This document shows, in pieces, positions 1-6,994 of a stretch of DNA of 64,000 bases (position 1 is the stretch's first letter; each line of letters opens with the position of its first letter). The stretch lies in assembly GCA_002071025.1 (NCBI GenBank), contig MWEJ01000001.1:2178-66177 (forward strand). Direction: 5' to 3'. A program made the translations under genes and the position numbers. Under the pieces are notes generated by a model, which saw only the letters and a program-made list of their open reading frames with translations, was not told the origin of the DNA and made no database searches. This DNA is from Verrucomicrobia bacterium ADurb.Bin070 (GTDB lineage: Bacteria; Verrucomicrobiota; Kiritimatiellia; RFP12; UBA1067).

Positions 1-1155
1 GACGTGCGGATAATGGCGCGGCACGACGTAACCGCCGCCGTACAGGTAGTCATAGAGGCCGAGCGAGGTGGCTCCCGCCTCGCGCCAGGCGCGCATGGCC
101 GCCAGCCCGTCGCGGGCGCCATTGGTGATCTCCACATGAATGCCGGGCTCGAGCCTGATGCCGCGGGGCACCTCGCGCGCACCGCCGTAGGCGATGAAAG
201 CCACCGTCTTGTCGGGAAATTCTTGGCGCAGAAGCTTGGCCACGGCGTTGTAAAAGGGAATGTAAGGATTGGCATATTTTTTTTGCAGGCCCAGGCAGCC
301 TGGACATTGACAGTCACCCAAGCCGTCATTGACCCCCATCGGCACGCTCAGCTTGTCGGGATTCTTGGCGAAATAATCCCGCGCATACGCCATGGCGATT
401 GCCGGCAGGTCGGGGTTGCTCACGCACGGCTGCCACGTGCCCTCCAGCGTATCGGGCGGCACAAAGCGCTTGCCGTCGATCATCGGGTAGTATTCAGGAT
501 GGGCTTTGCCGTATGTCGCGGGCGGGAAGATGTGCATGAACCAATGTGTGGCGTACTGCGCCACGTGACTGGAGCGGGAAAACGCCGCATTGCCGCCGTA
601 CATGCCGGCGTTGTTGTAGGTGACGAACGAAGGCTCCTCGCGCACGTCGAGGCACGGCGGCAGCGCGAGCGTGTCGCGGCGCGGCGTCACCTCGCCCAGC
701 GCACCGGGCATGAAGTGGCGGTAGCCGCCGAACCGCTTCATGAAATCGTACACGGCGTAGCCGGTGCCCAGCGGTCTGCGGCCCGCCAGCACCAGATGCG
801 AGGCGTCGGGCATCAACAGGCGATATCCCGCAGGATGTAGCGCGTCCAGGTTGAGCCCGAGGCTTTCCACATACTCCGTGCGTCCCACATGGATGACGAC
901 CGCGTCCTCCGTGGCGGGCGCCATGCCGACGCTTAGCGGGGGAGTCTGGCCGGTGATCCGCCCGAGCAGCGTCACCAGCGTCCGGGCCTGGGCCTGGGCG
1001 CCGGCTTCAGCCACAACCACAGATGGACGGGGCAGACCACTGACCGTCAGTACACTTTTCGTTTCAGTCACTGGTGCGGCGGAAACCGTCGCGAGCCCGG
1101 CCAGCAGCGCGAGAGCTGCGGCCTTCGCCGTCATGCCCGTTTTTTGTGGGCCCAT
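1..1155 (-). CDS. DUF4838-like exported glycoside-hydrolase-family protein, N-terminal 385 aa only (3' end lies beyond the window start)
   Basis: Manual minus-strand translation: MGPQKTGMTAKAAALALLAGLATVSAAPV... is a signal peptide, followed by an ORF that reads without a stop to position 1. Composition is DUF4838/GH20-like (YDFMKRFGGYRHFMPG, GVNDGLGDCQCPGC). Absent from the ORF track only because it runs off the window. The large plus-strand ORF at 4..840 is its antisense artefact. Confidence 0.6.
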   Translation of the reverse strand, partial: MGPQKTGMTAKAAALALLAGLATVSAAPVTETKSVLTVSGLPRPSVVVAEAGAQAQARTLVTLLGRITGQTPPLSVGMAPATEDAVVIHVGRTEYVESLGLNLDALHPAGYRLLMPDASHLVLAGRRPLGTGYAVYDFMKRFGGYRHFMPGALGEVTPRRDTLALPPCLDVREEPSFVTYNNAGMYGGNAAFSRSSHVAQYATHWFMHIFPPATYGKAHPEYYPMIDGKRFVPPDTLEGTWQPCVSNPDLPAIAMAYARDYFAKNPDKLSVPMGVNDGLGDCQCPGCLGLQKKYANPYIPFYNAVAKLLRQEFPDKTVAFIAYGGAREVPRGIRLEPGIHVEITNGARDGLAAMRAWREAGATSLGLYDYLYGGGYVVPRHYPHV

Positions 1156-1325
1156 CATTCATCCTCTCTCTCATACGAACGCTGTCCGTATCTCATTCCC
1201 ACCTTGGGGCGGCAGGCTTTGTTTAAAGCGTTGCCGTTTTTCGTTTAGCAGCGACTTCATGAGGTGTCCGGGGACAGTTCGTGGAGCAGCCCCTGCCAGA
1301 CAAGGTACAACGGACACGCTTAAAC

Positions 1326-1355
1326 TTAACACGTTTTAACATGTTCCGAAACGTT
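1326..1355. promoter_or_regulatory. Tandem near-palindromic boxes TTAACACGTT / TTAACATGTT plus AACGTT, candidate operator upstream of the minus-strand DUF4838 gene
   Basis: Direct 10-mer repeat with one mismatch, each containing an AACNNGTT dyad, in an AT-enriched stretch about 170 bp upstream of the ATG at 1155. Confidence 0.3.
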
Positions 1356-1412
1356 CAAGTTCACAAGGCCGATGGATGAGGCGGTTCGGCCTCGCCCACG
1401 GGGTTGGCCTCA

Positions 1413-1692
1413 ATGACAAGAAAAGGCGTGCCTTCCGTCCGCTTGACCTTGAAGTTGCGGCTGGATAGAGTCGGCACTGTTGAATGTGAGCAGACTATGA
1501 GGCGGGGATGGGAGAAAAGATGAATCTGAATGCTGTGCTGGCTGAAGCGATTGCCAAGGGTGCGTGGCGCGTCACGCGTAAGCGATCGCGGCGCTGCGCC
1601 GCGACGTGGCGGAACCGAAGCGGCAAGTGGCGGAGCTGAAGCGTGCGCTGCGTGATGTGCAGAAGCGTGCGACGGAACCCCTTGCTGCGTAA
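1413..1692 (+). pseudogene. Frameshifted gene remnant: three short ORFs in three frames (MTRKGVPSVRLTLKLRLDRV..., MNLNAVLAEAIAKGAWRVTRK..., AIAALRRDVAEPKRQVAELKRALRDVQKRATEPLAA); possibly an IS OrfA-like helix/leucine-zipper protein
   Basis: Adjacent short ORFs switch frame at about 1521 and 1580. The third has a heptad-like Ala/Leu/Arg coiled-coil typical of IS3-type OrfA C-termini. Followed by an 8-bp perfect inverted repeat (CCATCTCC-gcgca-GGAGATGG) at 1696-1716. Confidence 0.3.
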
Positions 1693-1753
1693 GAACCATC
1701 TCCGCGCAGGAGATGGTACGGCAAGACGCTAATGAACGTGCCGCGAAACAAAT

Positions 1754-1800
1754 TAGAGAGTTGACGTTAATTAAGTAATATAGTACTTTAATGCCAAATC
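1754..1800 (+). promoter_or_regulatory. AT-rich promoter/operator region upstream of ric (TTGACG box; imperfect dyad TTAAGTA-n6-TACTTTAA)
   Basis: Local AT island (TTGACGTTAATTAAGTAATATAGTACTTTAATG) immediately upstream of the ric start. RIC genes are usually controlled by NO-responsive repressors that bind AT-rich dyads. Confidence 0.3.
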
Positions 1801-1851
1801 AAACGGGGCACCGTGTCCCGGTTTGCAGGCAAAGCGAAAGGACAATTGCCC

Positions 1852-2637
1852 ATGAATGCGAAATCAGATGAACAGAAGGCGGGAAACCGTGGAAACGCGA
1901 TCTGGCCTGAACAGACGCTGGGCGAATTGGTGACCTATTACCCTCGTTTGCGAACGCGCCTGGAGCAGATGGGTATCGACTACTGCTGCGGCGGAAAGAG
2001 GTCGCTGGCCGAAGCCTGCAGGCAGGCCGGCCTCGATCCGGAAGCGACCATGGCGGACCTCGAAAAGATTCGTGCGCAGGATCCTTCCGCCGCAGCGGCG
2101 ACCGACTGGTCAGCCGTGACGCTCTCCGACCTCGCCGGCCACATCCTCGACACGCATCACGTGTTTACAAGGACGCAGATGGCGAGGATCGGCATGCTGC
2201 TGGACAAGGTACAGAACGCTCACAGAGCCAGACACGGCGACATGCTCGGCGCGCTGAGGAGCGCTTTCGAGCTTTTGAAAGCCGATCTCGAAACACATCT
2301 GATGAAGGAGGAGAAGATCCTGTTCCCTGCCATCAGGGGCATCGACGGTTTCATGGCGGGCCGGAACGCGAGGCCCGAAGTGCATTGCGGCAGCGTCTTC
2401 CACCCGATCCGGCAGATGGAGCACGAACATGACGCAGCCGGGGCCTTACTGGCGAAGATGCGGGGGCTGACCGGCAACTACCGGTTGCCTGACGACGCCT
2501 GCCAGACTTTCAAGGCGCTTTATGAGGCTCTGGCGGCGCTTGAGTCCGACCTTCACGAACACATCCATCTGGAGAACAACATCCTGTTTCCCGCAAGCGT
2601 GAAGCAGGAAGAGGCCATGGGCGAAAAGGGCCTCTGA
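1852..2637 (+). CDS. ric: Iron-sulfur cluster repair di-iron protein RIC (ScdA/YtfE family): ScdA_N domain plus hemerythrin-like domain
   Basis: IDYCCGG motif of the ScdA N-terminal domain; His/Glu-rich hemerythrin-like C-terminal half (HEHD, HEHIHLE). Start taken at the ATG at 1852, which has an AAAGGA ribosome-binding site; the ORF track opens at a GTG at 1813. Confidence 0.8.
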   Translation: MNAKSDEQKAGNRGNAIWPEQTLGELVTYYPRLRTRLEQMGIDYCCGGKRSLAEACRQAGLDPEATMADLEKIRAQDPSAAAATDWSAVTLSDLAGHILDTHHVFTRTQMARIGMLLDKVQNAHRARHGDMLGALRSAFELLKADLETHLMKEEKILFPAIRGIDGFMAGRNARPEVHCGSVFHPIRQMEHEHDAAGALLAKMRGLTGNYRLPDDACQTFKALYEALAALESDLHEHIHLENNILFPASVKQEEAMGEKGL

Positions 2638-2701
2638 AGCGAGTCTGCCGCCGGAACAGGAGACTGCGTCGATTTCGGACCATAAAACGGAGGGTGAAGC
2701 C

Positions 2702-3115
2702 ATGAACAAAGAAAGAACAGTCAGAACAAGACCGGTGTCGGCAATCGTGGCGGGCGTGGTTTTGGGGTTTGTGGCAGGCAGCGCTTACGCGCACTGCGAC
2801 ACCATGGGCGGGCCTGTGATTCCTGAGGCTAGGGCGGCGCTTGAGAAAGGCGATGTCACGCCCATCCTCAAATGGGTGAAACCGGATGGCGAGGAGGAGA
2901 TCACGGCCGTCGCCGGGCTCCCTGAAAACACACTGGTCCTGTTCAGGGACCTGCACCTGGCTTTAGGAGACGACGGCGTCTCGCAGCCATGTGGAAGCTG
3001 CGCGGTCAGGCGGAGTGCTTCGGCAGGGTCACGCAGAAGGTGGTGCCTTGTTCCGGCGTGCTTTCAACCCGCACGGAGCCTCCGTGCGCGGCAACGATCA
3101 CCTGGACGATGTTGA
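2702..3115 (+). CDS. Hypothetical exported protein (signal peptide, then AHCDTMGGPVIPEARAALEKGDVTPILKWVKPDGEE...); 3' end uncertain
   Basis: N-terminal signal peptide and a non-artefactual composition for about 100 aa. The last ~36 codons overlap the convergent sensor kinase gene and look like Arg-rich antisense translation, so the true C-terminus may be truncated or the gene may be decaying. Confidence 0.4.
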   Translation: MNKERTVRTRPVSAIVAGVVLGFVAGSAYAHCDTMGGPVIPEARAALEKGDVTPILKWVKPDGEEEITAVAGLPENTLVLFRDLHLALGDDGVSQPCGSCAVRRSASAGSRRRWCLVPACFQPARSLRARQRSPGRC

Positions 3116-4433
3116 GGCCGAGCCCGAGGCCCTTTTCGGTCTCGCGCGCCTGCTGGCCGCGGAAAAGCCGCTGCCAAATCAGAGCCAGTTCGTCTTTCGG
3201 GATGCCGATGCCGGTGTCGCGGACGCGCGTGATGACGGTGACGTTGTTTTCCTCAACGGAGAGGGTCACCGAACCGTGCGGCGGCGTATACTTCAAGGCG
3301 TTGTCAATCAGATTGGCAAACACGCGCGCGAGGCGCGTGCGGTCGCCGTGGATCATCAGTTCTGAAGCGGCGGGCGCGGCGCACAAGGCGATCTCCTTCT
3401 CTTCGGCGATCAGGGAATAAAGGTCGGTGATCTCGTCGATCAGGCGCGTCAGGCTGAAGGGCTGGATATTGAGTTTAACAAAGCCGCTCTCCATTTCGCG
3501 CGCGTCCATCAGATTCTGCAACTGGAGTTTGGCGCGATCGCAGTCCTCGATGATGTCGGCCAGCGTGTCGGACAATTCGGAGGGAATAGCCTGTCCGTTC
3601 AGCGCGAGTTCGGCCGCGCCGCGGATCCGGGTGAGCGGCGTACGGAAGTCGTGCGCGGCGTTGTCCATGGTTTGCCGCATGGCCTGGATCAGGTTGGCGT
3701 ATTTTTCGGTCATGACGGTGAAGAGCCGTCCGAGGGTGTCCAGTTCGGCGATCAGGCTTTTGACAGGCGGTGCGCCGGTCTCGAAGGCGCCGGTCTCGAT
3801 GATGCGGCTCATGGAGTCTGTGATGCGGTGGATGGGGCGCAGCGTGAGCACCATCATGAAGATGCCGGAGAGGAGGGAAAACAGGGTTGAGAGCAGCGCG
3901 AAGACCAGCAGCAAACGCGCCAGCATACTTTTCTGGTCGACCTCGAGGAAAGACCCTTTGCCCACCTGAAGCACGCGTCCGTCGTTGAGCAGGGTCGTCT
4001 GGATTTGGACGTGTCGGTCGAGGGGCCTGATGTAATACTCGCTGAGACCGGCCGGAGGGAGCGATGCCGTTCCTTGCGGCGGGGTGTAGGCGCGCCAGTC
4101 GGGCAGGTCGATTTTCTTGGGCCAGGTGATTGTGTACTCGACGTGGCCGCGGCGATTGATGACGCGGACGATAAAAATGGTGGACGGGGGATAGCGCTCG
4201 AGCGTCACCTGCTCGGCCAGCAGGTTGCCGTCTGCGTTCTGGTTGATGAGCTCGACCAGCTCTTCACTTTCAGCGGTGACGTCCTGCCGGTCGAAGCCGC
4301 GCGCGGATTGTGTGATGACGCGGCGGGAGAGCACATAGATGCTGACGGTGCAGAGCGCATAGACCACCAGGTACCCCAGGCACAGATAAAAGGCGTAGGA
4401 GCGGAAAGTCCTACTGATCCATCCGGAAAACAT
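3006..4433 (-). CDS. Sensor histidine kinase: 2 TM segments, ~130-aa periplasmic loop, HAMP, HisKA, HATPase_c
   Basis: H-box HDFRTPLTRIRGAAELAL; G-boxes DTGIGIP and GLGLGLNIV; two hydrophobic spans flanking a periplasmic segment. Confidence 0.85.
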   Translation of the reverse strand: MFSGWISRTFRSYAFYLCLGYLVVYALCTVSIYVLSRRVITQSARGFDRQDVTAESEELVELINQNADGNLLAEQVTLERYPPSTIFIVRVINRRGHVEYTITWPKKIDLPDWRAYTPPQGTASLPPAGLSEYYIRPLDRHVQIQTTLLNDGRVLQVGKGSFLEVDQKSMLARLLLVFALLSTLFSLLSGIFMMVLTLRPIHRITDSMSRIIETGAFETGAPPVKSLIAELDTLGRLFTVMTEKYANLIQAMRQTMDNAAHDFRTPLTRIRGAAELALNGQAIPSELSDTLADIIEDCDRAKLQLQNLMDAREMESGFVKLNIQPFSLTRLIDEITDLYSLIAEEKEIALCAAPAASELMIHGDRTRLARVFANLIDNALKYTPPHGSVTLSVEENNVTVITRVRDTGIGIPKDELALIWQRLFRGQQARETEKGLGLGLNIVQVIVAAHGGSVRVESTPEQGTTFCVTLPKHSA

Positions 4434-5100
4434 AACCGACTCCGCGCAAGGTGTGGATCAATTTGGTGTCAAAGCCGGCGTCGATCTTGTTGCGCAGGCG
4501 GCAGACCAGGACATCGACGATGTTGGTTTGGGGGTCGAACGTAAAGTCCCAAATGCGCTCCAAGATCAGCGTTTTGGTCAGGGGGCGGTTGGGATTGCGC
4601 ATCAGCAGGTCGAGCAGGGCGAATTCGCGCGGCTGCAGGTCGATCTTCTTGTCGCCGCGCACGACGGTGCGGCGCAGCAGGTCGACGCGCAGGTTGCCGA
4701 CGGTCAAGAGCGTCGCGTTCTTGCCCTTGGCCGGCGGGGCGGACGTGCGGCGGGTGATAGCCTGCAGGCGCGCGGAGAGTTCGGTGAACGAAAAAGGTTT
4801 GATCATGTAGTCGTCGGCACCGGATTGCAGTCCCGAGACGCGGTCGTCGACGGCAACTTTGGCGCTGAGCACCAGCACGGGGGTGAGGTCGCCGTTGTTG
4901 CGCATGTGCTTGAGCACGCGCAGGCCGTCGACTTCAGGAAGCATGATGTCGAGCACGACGGCGTCATAACGGTGCGCTTCCCAGAGGGCGAGGCCTTCGG
5001 TGCCGGTGGTGGCGACTTCAACCGTGTGGCCTTCCTGGCGCAAGCCGCGGCTGACAAATTCTTGGATCTTCCTGTCGTCCTCGATCACAAGCACGCGCAT
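4411..5100 (-). CDS. OmpR/PhoB-family response regulator (receiver domain plus winged-helix DNA-binding domain)
   Basis: MRVLVIEDD...DAVVLDIMLP receiver with conserved Asp; C-terminal winged helix LTKTLILERIWD...TLRGVGYVF. Start moved to the internal ATG at 5100 (the ORF track starts at 5202). The stop overlaps the kinase start by 23 nt. Confidence 0.85.
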   Translation of the reverse strand: MRVLVIEDDRKIQEFVSRGLRQEGHTVEVATTGTEGLALWEAHRYDAVVLDIMLPEVDGLRVLKHMRNNGDLTPVLVLSAKVAVDDRVSGLQSGADDYMIKPFSFTELSARLQAITRRTSAPPAKGKNATLLTVGNLRVDLLRRTVVRGDKKIDLQPREFALLDLLMRNPNRPLTKTLILERIWDFTFDPQTNIVDVLVCRLRNKIDAGFDTKLIHTLRGVGYVFRMDQ

Positions 5101-5116
5101 GGCGATCTCCCACGAT

Positions 5117-5860
5117 CTACAGCCCTCTGAAGCGGTCGAGCGGAGCGCTGTCCGTATGTTCGTTGTTATAGATAAAATGGGCTTGCAGCACCGCAATGAC
5201 AACGAAAAGCGGAAGCAGTAGTTCCTGTCCCTCCTCGAGGGCCGTCATGAGCGCGTGCAGAGACTCTGAGATGCGGATGCCGAGATCCTTGCGAAGAACG
5301 GCCGGCAGGCGGTCCGTGATTTGGATCAGGATGATGGTGCCGCCGAAAAAGCCCATCGACCAGCAGACCGGGTGCAGCTTGAAAAGCCCGGTCAGCAGCC
5401 GGCGCAGAAAGTAAAGCAGGGTGCCGGCGCAAAGCAGGATGACGACGGCGAAGCAGGCGGCGACAATCAGACGGTCAGCCAGCGGGTTGTTGGCGTTGGT
5501 GAGGAACTTCATCTTGAACGGGGTGCCGCGCGTGGCGCCCGGTAAGTTGGAAGCGGAGATCAGCAGCTTGTGCCAGTCGAGTTCGCGGCAGATCGCGAAA
5601 AAGGTGAGCAGAGAAAAATCGGCGAGCCAGAGCGGGCGCAGCCGCGAGGCGCGCATGGGCGGCACCAGCCAAAAGAAACCCATCTGGAAGAAGAAGAGCC
5701 CGACCGTGGCAACCTCGACCGGAGACGCGCCGTCATGGTCGAAGTGGGCCTGAATCCATTCGGGGGTGGCGAGCGCCCAGACCAGGACCAAGGCGCTTAC
5801 GCCGGCCAGCCAGAGCAGGGGGGCGGCCAGCCACGCGTGCTTGCTTTTGAGGAAATCCAT
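5117..5860 (-). CDS. Hypothetical polytopic membrane protein, first gene of the membrane-protein / regulator / kinase operon
   Basis: Five to six hydrophobic helices; no recognisable family. Lies 17 nt upstream of the response regulator on the same strand. Confidence 0.5.
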   Translation of the reverse strand: MDFLKSKHAWLAAPLLWLAGVSALVLVWALATPEWIQAHFDHDGASPVEVATVGLFFFQMGFFWLVPPMRASRLRPLWLADFSLLTFFAICRELDWHKLLISASNLPGATRGTPFKMKFLTNANNPLADRLIVAACFAVVILLCAGTLLYFLRRLLTGLFKLHPVCWSMGFFGGTIILIQITDRLPAVLRKDLGIRISESLHALMTALEEGQELLLPLFVVIAVLQAHFIYNNEHTDSAPLDRFRGL

Positions 5861-5878
5861 ACGGCATCCTTTCTGAAC

Positions 5879-6811
5879 TTAAAAAAATCGCCGGCGTACC
5901 ATGACCAACGCGACGGCGATCGAGATCACAATCGAAAAACCCATCAGCATGATGAACGCATACGGGGAGTGTTGCAGCGGCAGCTCAATGTTCATTCCGT
6001 AGATGCTGGCGACAAGCGTCGGGAGCATCAGCACCAGCGTGATGGACGTCAGGTACTTCATCACGTTGTTCAGGTTGTTGGAGATGATCGAGGCGAAGGT
6101 GTCGAGTGTGCCGGTCAAGATGTTGCTGTGGATCGTCGCCATCTCCAGCGCCTGACGGTATTCGACGGCCACATCTTCGAGAATGTCCAGGTCTTTGTCG
6201 GGAATGTCGAGCTGCCGCGTGTGCTCAAGCCGGCCGATCAGGATGTCGTTAGCCTTGAGCGAGGTGGTGAAATAGACCAGACTCTTTTCAATGTTGAGCA
6301 GCCGCATCAGGGCTTCGTTGGAAATGGATTCGTGCAGGTCCTGTTCAACCATGTCGGCGCGCTGACGGACATCACGCAGGTACCGCAGGTAGAGGATCGC
6401 CGAGTGCCAAAGGATCTGGAACGCAAACCGGAACTGGTCCTCAGGCGGACAGACACGGCGGATCTGGTCGAGGAACGTACTGGTGACCGGCGTCTGTCGG
6501 TTGCAGATCGTGATCACGTGCGAGTCGGTCAGCACGATGCCCAGCGGCAGCGTGTGGAACGGGATCAGGTTCTCGTGCGGCTCATGGTAGGGTACATGGA
6601 CGATGAGCAACGTGACGCCTTCATCAATTTCGAGACGCGGCCGCTCGTCCTTGTCCAGCGGGTCGGTCAGGAACTCGCGCGGCACTCGGGCCAACTCTTG
6701 GACTCGGGAGATCTCTTCCGTGGAGGGATCGGCCAGATTGATCCAGCATGTGCCGGTCAGTTCGGGCACCTCTTTCAGGCCGCCGCCCTCCCAGCGATAG
6801 ATTGTGAACAT
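5879..6811 (-). CDS. corA: CorA-family Mg2+/Co2+ transporter
   Basis: YGMNIELP (GMN signature) ahead of two C-terminal TM helices; cytoplasmic N-domain. Strong GGAAAGGAGGAGG ribosome-binding site. Confidence 0.85.
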   Translation of the reverse strand: MFTIYRWEGGGLKEVPELTGTCWINLADPSTEEISRVQELARVPREFLTDPLDKDERPRLEIDEGVTLLIVHVPYHEPHENLIPFHTLPLGIVLTDSHVITICNRQTPVTSTFLDQIRRVCPPEDQFRFAFQILWHSAILYLRYLRDVRQRADMVEQDLHESISNEALMRLLNIEKSLVYFTTSLKANDILIGRLEHTRQLDIPDKDLDILEDVAVEYRQALEMATIHSNILTGTLDTFASIISNNLNNVMKYLTSITLVLMLPTLVASIYGMNIELPLQHSPYAFIMLMGFSIVISIAVALVMVRRRFF

Positions 6812-6994
6812 GGCCTCCTCCTTTCCCGATGCAGACGGGGTTAGTTTGTACTCTTACGCGCCGCCGGATGCAAGCGGTTTTTGAGGGTCGAGACCTGATC
6901 TGGCATGTACGCTCCGGGGAAACGCGCGGAGGGCGATTTTGTTGAGGACCGGACACGGAGGAACTTGCTCGCCGCGTCACATGAGCGGGCAGCT

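Noticed and set aside
4-840. 278-aa plus-strand ORF at the window start
   Set aside because: Arg/Ala/His/Gly-rich antisense translation of the genuine minus-strand DUF4838-like gene, which has a signal peptide and family-like motifs.
6780-6841. Apparent 1-nt inconsistency between the printed sequence and the ORF track (corA, 6603..6800 and 6624..6998 translate correctly only with an extra C near 6780 and one fewer T near 6841)
   Set aside because: Treated as a display or transcription artefact. CDS coordinates follow the ORF track, and non-coding feature coordinates may be off by 1-2 nt.
5570-6844. 424-aa plus-strand ORF overlapping corA, plus many similar long ORFs (7727..8536+, 9923..11296+, 13080..13793-, 28435..29670+, 28766..29800-, 42776..44149-, 46784..47806-, 51698..52615+, 54684..55460-, 60318..61304+, 62105..63094+)
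   Set aside because: All lie antisense or out of frame to strongly supported genes and have the R/A/G/H/P-rich low-complexity composition expected from GC-rich non-coding frames.
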